A stretch of 62,757 nucleotides of DNA, the filler included, from Choristocarpus tenellus KU-1152 (Eukaryota > Protista > Phaeophyceae): assembly GCA_964200185.2 (NCBI GenBank). It is 11 parts of 11 records of this genome, joined end to end, with 100 filler letters (N's around TTAATTAATTAA, not from the genome) between each part and the next. Parts side by side here need not be neighbours in the genome. Positions count along the whole stretch, not along the records: positions 51,574 to 55,624 come from CAXNAD020016471.1; positions 55,725 to 59,515 come from CAXNAD020017901.1; positions 59,616 to 62,757 come from CAXNAD020022017.1; 8 more parts are not named here. One strand, given 5' to 3'. The stretch's first letter is position 1. Each line of letters starts with the position of its first letter. The position numbers and the translations under genes were made by a program. The notes under the pieces were generated by a model. That model was not told the DNA's origin. It was given only the letters and a program-made list of their open reading frames with translations, and did not search any database. Shown here one piece after another: positions 51,474 to 62,757 of the stretch.

Positions 51474-52372
51474 NNNNNNNNNNNNNNNNNNNNNNNNNNN
51501 NNNNNNNNNNNNNNNNNTTAATTAATTAANNNNNNNNNNNNNNNNNNNNNNNNNNNNNNNNNNNNNNNNNNNNTTTGGTTGCTTGTGTCGGATAATTTAA
51601 GTGCAATTCTCCTGATTAGGGACTGAATGGACACGCTGGGGTAGCCCCCCCCCCCCCCCCCCCAGATACTTTGAGGTAAGATGGTGTTTTAACTTAGTCG
51701 ACCTGATCACAACAGATAGCTCGGACCGACTTCCATTTGACTTCCACTTAGTCAGAGTTATGTATGGGAACATACATACGTACACACACACACACACACA
51801 CACATGTGCATTATATGTTTTGTAGAGATCCCTTCAGTCACATACATATATATATATATATACAAACATTTTTTAACATGATTTTTATTATGATAGGCGC
51901 GGACCAGATTGAACCGCTACCTTGTGTTTTGAATCATGAGTATTTTTGGCAGATTAGGGTTAGGATTATCCTCCCTGTTGTAGATATAACCTAGCCTGAT
52001 GTGAATTGCCTTTGGCAGATGTGAATTGCCGGAAGTAGATGAACACTGAGAACATGCACTGGTTTACTGGTTTTACATAGTCAAATCCTCCCAATTCTAT
52101 TTGTGCACTCAGCTGTGTTGATTGTGGGGTGTGAAGAATGCCCTTGAAGATTGATTGAATGCCACATGTACAAGAATATTTGAACAAGAACAACATGTCT
52201 TACATTGAAGTAAGAAGTACCTTGGTGATGATAGCCTTGGCAAAGGGGGGAGGGGAGCTCAGGCAAGTACCAATGCGCTGCAAATGCTCTCCAATGCTCT
52301 CCAACACTCAACACCCAACACCCAACACTCAACACGTGATTTTTTCTGATGCCCTTCTTCGCCCAACCTAAG

Positions 52373-54450
52373 GATCAACGCCAATCCATTGTGGAGAACG
52401 CCTGCCCAGGGCCTGGAGCATGTGGTGGCATGTACACTGCTAACACCATGGCCAGCGCCATTGAGGTGATCAGCTCTACCTCTATACGTAGATAAAATGT
52501 ACTATGTTCTATTCAGATAAAATGTACTGTAGATAAAATGTACTATGTTCTATTCAGCGTCGAGTTTTGTGTCCCATGCATCCTTTCTTTTGTCCTAAAG
52601 ATGTGATTTATTTTAGCACTTTCTTTTCTTTCAATTTTTTTTTAAATCTTTTTTTGTGTCGTTTCTTGTGTGATTTTTTTTTTAATATGAGCACTTTCCT
52701 TTTTTTGTTCAAGTACCCTTTTGTGTCATCAGTTTTGTGAGTGTGTTTTTGTTCAAGTACCCTTTTGCGTCATCAGTTTGTGTGTGTGTTTTTGTTTTGT
52801 TCAAGTACCCTTTTGTGTCATTATTTTTATCTCTTTTGTACAAAATTGTACTTTTTTATTATCAGTATTTCCTTATCAGTATGTCCTATTTAATAACTTA
52901 AATAATAAAAGTATGTGTTTGAAGGTTGACATTTTGTTTTTCAAAGAACCACTTTTGTAGGTATTTTATCACCCTTCCCAGTTTTAATGTAGACGAGGTC
53001 ATGTTTCAAGCTAAATCCAATTATTGTTCTGCTTTTTCGCCAAGGTGCTCTGTCATTGGATTTTTTTTTTAATATTCAAAGGTTCTAAACCCCAAATCAA
53101 ATTTAACACTAGTGGTGTTACTAGTGTCAGTCATCAAGCAATCTTTCAGAGGAGCAATAGTTTGCACCTTGGACGATATTGAACTATTTTAACACAATGT
53201 GTGATTTGGACTAGAGTGTTACAGACACAACTGAGTGTTAAGGATCTTTTTTGTGTTCAGTGTTATAGACACAACCGAGTGTTATGGATGTATATGTGTT
53301 CAGTGCTGTAGACAAAACAGAGTGTTATGGATGTTTTTTGTCTTTGGTGTTATGGGCGTAACATAGTGTTGGATGTTGTCTTGCCCCAAGGTGTAGAGTG
53401 TTTGATGTTGTGAAGTGCATGCTTTGGTCACCTGATTCTGGTTATTATCGATGTTTTACCTGACAACAATTATGAAATATAAGTAGTGACCAAGGGATTG
53501 GTCGTATTCAAGTAGGGACGGCAATAGGCTCAGCCAGGTTGAAGCATTCCAGGTATGGCTGGCTGGGTAATATATTTGTTCCACTCAGGCTGGGCACGTT
53601 GTGGGCATGGGTCAGTCACTATTTTCCATTCAAGTTGTCACTACTTTTTGAATGTTGTTACTCTCTACTTTTTTTCTTAGTGTTTGTTGTGTCTTGATCT
53701 TGACCTTGATAGTACAGCCAGTGGTAGTAAGTATGTAATAGGATAGGAGGTTTGTTTATGTTTCAACGTGTGCATACTGATTTGTAAAATTAGTTACAGT
53801 CTTTATACTATTTTATTTTTTAAAGGAATAGTAACGCCATTTTTGGTGAACCACTTCACTATGTATCTGGGCTCTCAGTACAAAATATATATATTTTAAA
53901 TGCTCCATCAAGCGGTCAGACTATTCTGATTCGGTTTTTAATATTTTTCAGTTTGTTTTAGTTTTTTTCAGTATATATTTTTTTCGGTTTGCAACTTGGG
54001 TAGTATTTAGAGAACCGTGACGATCCACCGGTGGTGCAAATAGTGTCGGTGAGCACTAACGTTGGTCCTGCTGTGTTGTTTTAGAGAGCGCTGGGCTGAT
54101 TCAGCATTGCTGAACCTGGTTTTAGTCAAGGGTTACTAGTGTTTTTTTTAGTAATGTGTATAGTAAGTTCTTAAGGATAGGGTTTATAATGCACTGCTCT
54201 GACAAGTGTGTGATGTTGTGATACCTATTGTTCGAGTCAAGGGAGACTGCGTATTCCACTGGTGGTGTACTTGGTGTAAAAAAAGATTGTTAGTGTTCAC
54301 TATACTGAAATGTATGTCCCCTGTTTACCATGTTGTCCTCAGGCCCTAGGGATGTCTCTGCCATACTCATCTTCTACTCCTGCAGATGACCCAATGAAAA
54401 AGGAAGAGTGCTACAAGGCTGCTGCTGCTGTGAGGTCCATGCTGGAGAAG
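52373..54450 (+). CDS. ilvD: Dihydroxy-acid dehydratase, two internal exons
   Basis: Exon 52373-52465 [31 protein letters not shown] and exon 54343-54450 [36 protein letters not shown]; hallmark [12 protein letters not shown] motif; phase 0 GT-AG junctions. Confidence 0.95.
52700..53375. repeat. Two short minisatellites in the ilvD intron
   Basis: TTTTGTTCAAGTACCCTTTTG three times (about 52700-52825) and GTGTTA.AGACACAAC.GAGTGTTA.GGAT about four times (about 53216-53375). Confidence 0.75.
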
Positions 54451-55812
54451 GTATGTCATGCCAACAACCATAGAGCAATGCTTTCTTTCCATGTGATGGA
54501 CATTGCATTCCAGGCAAAGCTGGGGAGTGTTCAGGGTAAGGGTTTGTTGACACGGTGATAAGACTGGGATAAGGGTTAGACTGCTGTAAGATTAGGTTAC
54601 AAAGAGCTACCTCGTAGGTTAAGGTTAGGGTTAACGAACTCACAGCCCCGGCAGTGCTTGCTTGCACTGTCAATCAAAGGGACTGTTACATTCAGTTACA
54701 TTCAGTTACATTCAGTTGCATTGCATTGAATGTGGTGTATCTGCATCTTGCTCATGTTAGCACCTGGGTTGAGAATCCCTCTGGTCCTCTGTTTTCCTCG
54801 AAACTAGTCTTGCTTGAGACACCTGATAAATTAGTCGCTTTGCCCTGGAACATTTTGTGCCCTGATGTTACTATTACTAATGATATTGATATTGATATTG
54901 CTATTGATATTGGTATTGATATGACTGTTACTATTGATAGTGATATCACTATTACTATTGTATTAGCAACACTCACTTGGATTTCCAACAGCATGTAACT
55001 TACATATGTTTGTGGTGGGTGTGTAAAAGCTCTTGTGAATTAGAATTAGCATGGTTTTGGCAGCACCTCTGATGGACTGTGTACCTGACTGTGTACCTGG
55101 CCAAGCGCATGCACTTTGTTTTGGGAGCACAGACAACTCAGACTCCCCCCCCAAAAATAGATTTTTTTGTGTGATGAGAGCCGCTCGCAGGGCCGTAGGA
55201 AAGTGCAGCATATTGTATTTTTTTTTTCAGTTGTGAGACCCTAACCCTTGAGGAGATGATGATGGATGACAAACCCAGTGTAACTGAGAGCTAAAGATTT
55301 GGTCGAACCATACATGAACTTTAGTATCAATACTATCTTAGGCTGAACAGTGCCATTTCACCTTTGCCAGCAAACGTCCATGAGATCACTTAGAGACAGA
55401 TCCAGTCGCTGAGAGTCAAAACCTGGAGGACTAACACGCCTGGCAAGTGTTACGAGACCCTTCGTTTTTGGACGTATATAGTGGAATTTCAATGCTTTTT
55501 TAATTTTTCTGTTTTTCTCATGTCTAACCCTAAGGTGTAGTGTATTTACTGGATTAGGGATAGGATTAGGATTAGGGGTGTGTTATTGTACCAATGCCCC
55601 CCCCCCCAAAAAAAACAATAAAAANNNNNNNNNNNNNNNNNNNNNNNNNNNNNNNNNNNNNNNNNNNNTTAATTAATTAANNNNNNNNNNNNNNNNNNNN
55701 NNNNNNNNNNNNNNNNNNNNNNNNCCCCCCCGACCCGCCCTTCTTCTCTCCCCAGTCCCTCCAGCCTACCCAACTCTTAAAAATGATCCATATATTATTT
55801 TTTTTGTATGTG

Positions 55813-55850
<38 letters not shown>

Positions 55851-55910
55851 ACAAGGTGTATGTATGTATTTGTGCATATGTGTGTAGTTATGTATGTAAT
55901 CATTTGTTTA

Positions 55911-55966
<56 letters not shown>

Positions 55967-56060
55967 TGTTCCCTGCTTGCTCACATTTACGTACTTGTGT
56001 GTGTGTACTTGTGTGTGCCCATGCATACAAACATACTCGCCCATGTCATAATTGTTACAG

Positions 56061-56569
56061 TGCCATGCACTGAGGGGTTTGTCAGAGCTGCCCCTGCCTC
56101 ACTCCTCCTCCACCGAGGGGGAAGAAGGGGGGTCACTCAAGGACGACGGACTGCCACCGCTACCTTGCCAGGCGTTGTCGGAAGCAATCAGGGGGAGGGT
56201 AGCCCACACGCAGATTGAGCACGCTGCTTGTGTCCGAGCTGAGGTGTGTTGAATGGGGTGAGGTGTGGGTGGGGTGCTATTTTGGTATTCCCTTTTTTAT
56301 TTTATTTTATTTTGTGGGAACAGGTATGTGTTGTGTTTTGGCCATAGTGGTTGGTGATGTTTAATGTGTGCGTGTGTCCTTGTCATGTTTAATGTGTCCT
56401 TGTCATGTTTAATGTGTTTTGAAACGGATGTGATGTGTACTGCCTCAAGAGCAATAGCTATGAAAACGATTGCAGTGGCATTAGTTGACCCAGTCTGGTC
56501 TGGTCAATTGTGAATTGCTGTGGTTGCCTAATTGGATTGCACTGGATTGATCTTCTATGACCGAGGCAC

Positions 56570-56600
<31 letters not shown>

Positions 56601-57740
56601 CCGCCCAACCCCAACNNNNNNNNNNGTTCTTGGGGTGGTGCCTTTGTCCGTGTCCGGTTTTTCTCTTCTGCACCGCGCTCCTGCCCCCCCCCCCCCCCCC
56701 CCCCCTTAAATAAATATACCCTGCAGGCAGCAGTGTCTCTTGCACTTTGGCAGAATGCTCATGCCCCTCCACATGCTGGAGGCTTTGGGGAGACCAAAGA
56801 GGTATGGGTAACGACCACTGAGCCTTTGTGTATCTAGGGGGTTGCAATGACTGTATGGAAGATGTTGGGGTGCAGGATCACACAAACACACACTTGCACA
56901 TGTATGTATGTATGTATATATGTATGTGACAGAGGGATTTGTTCATATAGTCATGTATATGTGTATATATATGTATGTATATATGTATATATGTATGTAT
57001 GTATGTATGTATGTGACAGAGGGATTTGTTCATATAGTCATGTATATGTGTTGAAAGGGGGCACTGGGCAGGCTAGGCTTTCCTCAGTTTTTGAACACCA
57101 GCTGAAATTATTTTATTTTTAAACACCTCAAAAACCTGATACTATCACCTAGGCAGGCGTTTTCATGTTGAGGTGTGGTGGGTGAGAACTTGTGGTATAT
57201 ATGCTGGCATCTGCTTACTTACGCACGTATGTATGTATATGTATGTGTATATGTATATATACATACATGTACATAGATACATAGATGACACATATTTCAC
57301 AATTGCACATGTAACAATATGTGCTGTGGCAGGCAAGAGCAGCTTCTTGGAAGGGTCTCTACTGCCTGTTAGAGGCGTTTGCTGAGCGCTATGAGCAGCG
57401 GGTCAGCTACAGCGGTGGCTTTGGTAGCAGTGATGGCAGTGCAGGAGGGGGCGAGGTTGGAGAGGAGGGCATCGGAGGGGTGGAATCACTGTTATTGCCA
57501 AACTGGTTTGATGATCCCGTGGACTATCGTTTGAAAAAGGCCTTGGTAAGGGGAAGGGGGGAAGTGTAGGGGAGGAGCTTTAATGTTTGGATAAGTGCGT
57601 GGGTGGGTAGGTAGGTGGGTGGGTGAGAGAACTTGATGTGGTAGGTGAGAGATGCTCCTGGACTCAACGGGTTTGTTTTTGTCTCATTCGGGCACAAATA
57701 TTTGTGGGTATTTTGTTGCGTCAAAAGAATGATGGCAACT

Positions 57741-57786
<46 letters not shown>

Positions 57787-57898
57787 TGCTGTGGTATGGG
57801 TATTTTTGAGTGATAGGCTGAGCTATGTGTCTTGTCCTGTCACGGAACAGCGGTGCTTACCATACATATTTTTATTCTTTATGTGTGTGTATGTGTAT

Positions 57899-57929
<31 letters not shown>

Positions 57930-58256
57930 TTTGACCGCATGTCTGTACGGTTGACGTGGACTTGTGCATGGGTAGTTGATGGCATCAAACACGCACTCAA
58001 GATACACAAACGAACACAATACACAACACACCTGCTCGGGTACTCATGCTTGGACCTTGGCCCCCCCTGTTCCCTCTCCCCTCTCTCCTCCTGGCATGGC
58101 TCATCAACCCCCACTATTAAATAGGTGTGGGCCATTGCCAATGTCCGTGCCCGTGATGGGTGCACGCCGCAGGAGTCGGTGGAGCTGCTGATCAATGCCC
58201 TCAACAATAATGATAACTCTGAGAACTCATGCAGTGACGATTACTACGTTGCCCAG
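56061..58256 (+). CDS. TAF2: TAF2 (TFIID subunit 2) C-terminal helical region, four exons, partial
   Basis: Phase-0 exons 56061-56243, 56727-56801, 57333-57545 and 58125-58256 giving VRAE-AAVSLA, PNWFDDPVDYRLKKAL-VWAIANVRARDGCTPQESVELLINALNNNDNSENSCSDDYYVA (cf. TAF2 NDNxxNxxSDxYY). Confidence 0.85.
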
Positions 58257-59802
58257 GTTTGTAAACTTCTTCTAGTTATGTTTGTGTGTTTTGTTGAGGG
58301 AAGTGGCTAGGAGCGTATGTGTGTAAGGGGGTTGTGTGCTGGTGGTCGTTTCATCTTTTTGTTTTGTTGGTAACGAGGTCGTCGCCGTTGAAGAGTAGAA
58401 ATTGATAGTTCTGCGTGCTCTGGTGGTTGTTACTGGGGTGAAAGCGTGACCCTATCTTCTTTTGGAGCCTAGCCCCGTTTGAAGTGGTCAGGTACGGTGT
58501 TTGCTGTGGCTAGAACAGGTTTTTGTGTGTGCGTATGTTTGTGTGTGTTATTTAGACACGTTGTGGGAAGGCGTGAATACACCTAACACACATTGTTAGG
58601 CAGTACTCCAGGTTGTGGCCTGTTCTTTATTTCCCTGCTGCAGAGATCCCTATCCCTTTCAATGATTGTAGGTGGGATGTGAATCTGTGTTTTGTGATGA
58701 CTGCGTTGATTTCGATGGCCTATGGAATGGTGTCTACACTATGTAGTGTAGTAGTTACTTTCTATGTTATTTGGAAGGCGTGTGTTGAGGTTACTGCCGT
58801 ATCTGTAATTGTAGCCCTTCTTCAACCCCACACACTTGTAGTCCTGTTGTCTTTAGAGGCAAACTAGTTGAAGTGGACGAAGCAGGTTGTAAATGTTGGC
58901 AATGAATCTACTCTGGCATGCTGTGCTTAGATCATGTGGTATATTGAGCTACCTTAGTATCCTTCCAGACTACCAGTGGTGAGTCTTTCCTGAACACCTA
59001 GTGAATTTCTCAAGCTCAAGGTTATGCCAACCCTATCATCACCAGGTTTGAACTGGCTTATGCCCTCTGTATTCAGAAGCTATCCTGTTATCCCACTGGC
59101 TTATGCCCACATGCACCTTTACGCAATCCCTTCACCATAACCCTCTTCTTGCCAGGAAGGCATGAATACACATTGTTAGTCTAAGGATGACAAGGGACTG
59201 AAACTGTCACATATTATTGACATCACCCTTCACATGCTGCACACATGGCCTGTTTCTCTCTCTTCCTCCCTCCCCCCCCTCCCTCTCTCTCACTGAATGT
59301 CTGTGCCTGTCTGTTTTCAAGTCAGAGTATCTGTATTTGTATCTGAAAGTGGGGGGGGTTGGAGGCATTTCAAGCTTTAGAGGGTTAGGGTTTTTCAACT
59401 CTTGTTGTTGAAGAGGAGAGTCAATACAGATAACTTCCTTCTGCAAACTGAATATACTCTGCCACTGTGGACTTGTGTGCTCCAAACATTTGCCTCTAGA
59501 AAGTCAAGGGGGGGGNNNNNNNNNNNNNNNNNNNNNNNNNNNNNNNNNNNNNNNNNNNNTTAATTAATTAANNNNNNNNNNNNNNNNNNNNNNNNNNNNN
59601 NNNNNNNNNNNNNNNTCTAAAACCAAGCCAAAATAAAAAAAAAACTCCCGACCCCCCCCCCCCCCCCCCCCCCCACAAAGAAGAGAACATTTTGAACCAC
59701 AAGATAATATTCCCCTCAATCCTATCAAAGGAAGTTCAAGCCTTAGCCCTAACACTTCTTTACGTGAATGTAATAATACTCATAAGAACAACATGCCCTC
59801 AC

Positions 59803-61107
59803 CAACAATACAGAGGCAAGTGCTTGCTAGAGGTTCAGTAAGTCTTTCATCGCCACCTCCCCTCCCCCTCAGCTTTCTAAGCACGGCCAGGAGCACCACC
59901 ACTAGAAGGCGCCTTGAGGCAACCGCCTTCGAAGGCTCATGCAAACCACTGCCCAGGAGATGATCATGCCCGCTGAGGAAGGACACCTCAACCACCTACA
60001 ACAATGCCAGCATACAACATTACACTTAACTCAATGAATGTGTGTAGTTGTGTAAGTGGAAGAGGCTCAGTGGTAGAGGTAGTGTGTGTATGTGTGTGTG
60101 AATATTGGGAGGGGGGGGCGCTGATTCAGTACAGTGGTTGATCCACACACCAGACTTGACTCAGATGGTGTACACTCCATTGACTGCCTAAAAGTAGGAT
60201 CTCACTAACTGGTGACAATATGTAGCAGATATAGGTGCTGTCACCTTTCAAAACATGTACAGCCCAGCAGAGTCAATTATCACTATAATAAATACAGTTA
60301 GAAGAAAATTACATTAAAAAAGCGTGAATATTTTTCACTATATAAAAGAAGAGACTTGCAATAAGGCAATATGCAGAGGGCTCAAAGATCAAGGATACCC
60401 CAAAACAAAACAAAACAAGACCTGAGTGAAAAAATTATAAAAAAATAAAACCTCTGTTCTCATCAACGATGTTGATATGGACACATTGTGGTGTAGGGGA
60501 TAAACACCCATGAGCGCACAGCTGTTGGGTAATAATAAAATTAAAATGTAGGTACATAATAATAAAATCAAAATGTAGGTACAAACTATAAGGGTGTTAC
60601 AAGCCTCAGCCCTTGTCTAATGAATTAACTCTACACCATCAAGCTACTGCACCAAAGATCAGGCTGTACAATCACTCCACCAGTCGATTCATAATACACT
60701 TCACATAAAAAAAAACTACCAGCATTACACAAACAACACAATCAAAAGAGGTTATTTTGACGTGCAAAAAAAAAGGTCACATCCCATGCAACAATATTCT
60801 AACAATGACTGTGAAAAAGAAAAGAAAAGAAGAGAGATGAAGCCACAATTGAAGTTACTGTACTATATATAGGAAAAAAATAAATACTAATAGGCAGGTG
60901 GATCATCAAGGAGTGTCGAAGAATTTGACTGTACGGTTAATCAGACCTGAGTGATGGATGATGGCGGACACAAAAAACAAAATTTCACTTACCTGGCGCC
61001 ATGCCATGCACAAATGAGCCTGGGCTGCCAATCTCTCTATGTGGTGGTTCCACTCAGCAGCCCAGGTCAAGATAGCCCTCACCCTTCTCATCATCCCCTC
61101 CTGGGCA
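59803..61107 (-). CDS. NUP205: Nup205/Nup192-like nucleoporin, two internal exons
   Basis: Exon 61107-60993 VRAILTWAAEWNHHIERLAAQAHLCMAWRQ spliced to exon 59995-59803 VVEVSFL...; resembles Nup205 IxxLLxWxxxYNxxLEExAAQLHMLxGWxQIVEVS. Confidence 0.7.
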
Positions 61108-62049
61108 CTGTTCAAATCAAGAAAAAACAAAACAAAAGCCCAGAACAACAAACGCCCCCACATGTGATCACAACAGTAGAGTTAGTAAAACTAGTGTAGA
61201 GGCATGTCACACTTCAGTACAGTTTCAATTCAACATGCGTGTAACAGGAGGAGTGCGTTCTTCACAGGGTCAGAGCTTGATCTAACCTTTTTCCTGGTAG
61301 GTAACTCAAAGACCAAATATCTAAAATAGAAAATTGTCATCAAATAGTGGTTCCGACCATGACTCACAAATCATGAACCCACCAGCAAGAGAAACACTGT
61401 CTGTGCCAAACCAAGTATGTAATTTGAAGCGACTAGTGATCAGTGTGTCATATGCATATATATGTGTCATATGCATATATATATGGTGCCTGTGCCACCT
61501 TCCAATCAATAACATGCATCACTCCAAACCATATCGGCATCGTAGTCCTTACAACCTTATCCTGCTCTCAAGCAACACTATAACTGAAAACGAACCCCAA
61601 AAAATGTAACAGTAGGATATCCTACGTGTATACATTCAGGGAGAGAGTCTGGTCAACTGCACTTATTACTCCTCAATCCAACAAGGCATCACTGGGTTAT
61701 CTTATCATACACAGGTTTTCAACGAGGGGGAGAAGGAACAGGGATTATGTACAAACTGATTTATCCTTACATCTTTGGAGATCTGGTGATGCACTTTCAC
61801 CACTAACATTGGTTTTTCTCTCTGTTACTACCCAAGCAGGTGTGCTCAATTAGGAGAAGCCTCTCTTCACTCAGTGGTCTCTCTATACTCTCTCATACAC
61901 CTAACACTATCCGCCGTTGTTTGCTTTCAAATAGTGATAATAGCCTCTGAAGTCTGTTATCTATCTGCTTGCATGCGAACACACGGACAAGGTCACTGAG
62001 AGTCAAGAGGTCATCCCCTGTGTTTGATTTGAAACACCGTAGGGGATGC

Positions 62050-62720
62050 AATCGATCCTAGGGGAGCATATATAGACAGATCACGGAGCGGAGAATCCCT
62101 CCCATTAGAACAGAGGATATTTGCCAACCACTTTTACGTCAGAAATGCAACTCTTCAGCGGTATACTCTCACTTATAAAAATTGGTTACAAATCCTCTCT
62201 CGTACTCATCAGAGATATCCCCTCATCACTTGGAGGACTCTCCATACTCTCTCACCTACACATGACTGTATCCTCTACTATTTATATAATTTATCGACCA
62301 GGAGGAACAATCCCTCCACCCTGTCGTCTGCTTGTCCACACGAGAACATGCAGACCACGGAGTGGAGGGAATACTCTTCCTGTTGAAACAACATTAGAGG
62401 ATACAATTAGCTCTAGGTCGGCCGCATAGAGAGACCACAAAGCGGAGAGAGTATGCCTCTTATTTGGAGAAGAGAGAACTGCCAACCAATAGTACAGGCG
62501 AAGAAGATATGTGGTGTGTCCGTTATCTGAAGAAGCACAAAAGCACAAAGTAGTGTGTTATCAACAAGCTTCTCAACTGTTGTATCCAAGAAACAAGTTC
62601 ATGTAGAGGGCATAAACTATGGAATATTCGACTCAAATTGGATCAGAAAGGGATATTAGGGTGGGTATGATGAGTTCAACACATATATTGGTACTTTTCA
62701 CAGAGCGATTGCTAAAGAGT
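62050..62720 (+). mobile_element. Possible Penelope-like 3' remnant (thumb/GIY-YIG region)
   Basis: Broken frames with GYKSSL, YRRRR and FNTYIG in the order expected for Penelope C-termini; very degenerate. Confidence 0.25.
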
Positions 62721-62757
62721 AGAGGCTGTACGTATCAGGGGGGGGAGGGGGTGGGGG

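Noticed and set aside
4153-59615. Regularly recurring TTAATTAATTAA palindrome flanked by Ns
   Set aside because: Artificial six-frame-stop linker inside identical 100-nt spacers; not biological.
4367-61107. Apparent cluster of nuclear/chromatin genes (RCC1, FANCI, TAF2, MRG, Nup205)
   Set aside because: Each is on a different contig, mixed with metabolic genes; adjacency is unverified and no shared pathway is evident.

Overview
Eukaryotic nuclear DNA from a fragmented draft assembly. Eleven contigs are joined by ten artificial 100-nt spacers (N44-TTAATTAATTAA-N44), so order and adjacency across spacers cannot be trusted. Intron-rich GT-AG genes, TTAGGG-type repeats and the protein motifs suggest a photosynthetic stramenopile, probably a brown alga (inference). 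Host genes recognised by eye from spliced exons: RCC1-like, a near-complete and much-expanded FANCI-like gene, GMP synthase, TAF2 (pieces on two contigs), an MRG15/Eaf3-family gene, dihydroxy-acid dehydratase, Nup205-like, and one unknown gene. Mobile DNA: a degenerate DIRS/Ngaro-type tyrosine-recombinase retrotransposon (RT-RNaseH-YR), Penelope-like and copia-like remnants, and a Sola-type DNA-transposon system. The Sola system is the most notable feature. It comprises eight copies of a ~258-bp MITE (GAG...CTC termini, 21-bp TIRs plus an inner 12-bp inverted motif, one clean 4-bp TSD) and a spliced Sola2-like DDD transposase pseudogene. The transposase introns are filled with tandem repeats, and its contig ends in the MITE's subterminal motif. 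All homology calls come from motif recognition; no database search was run.
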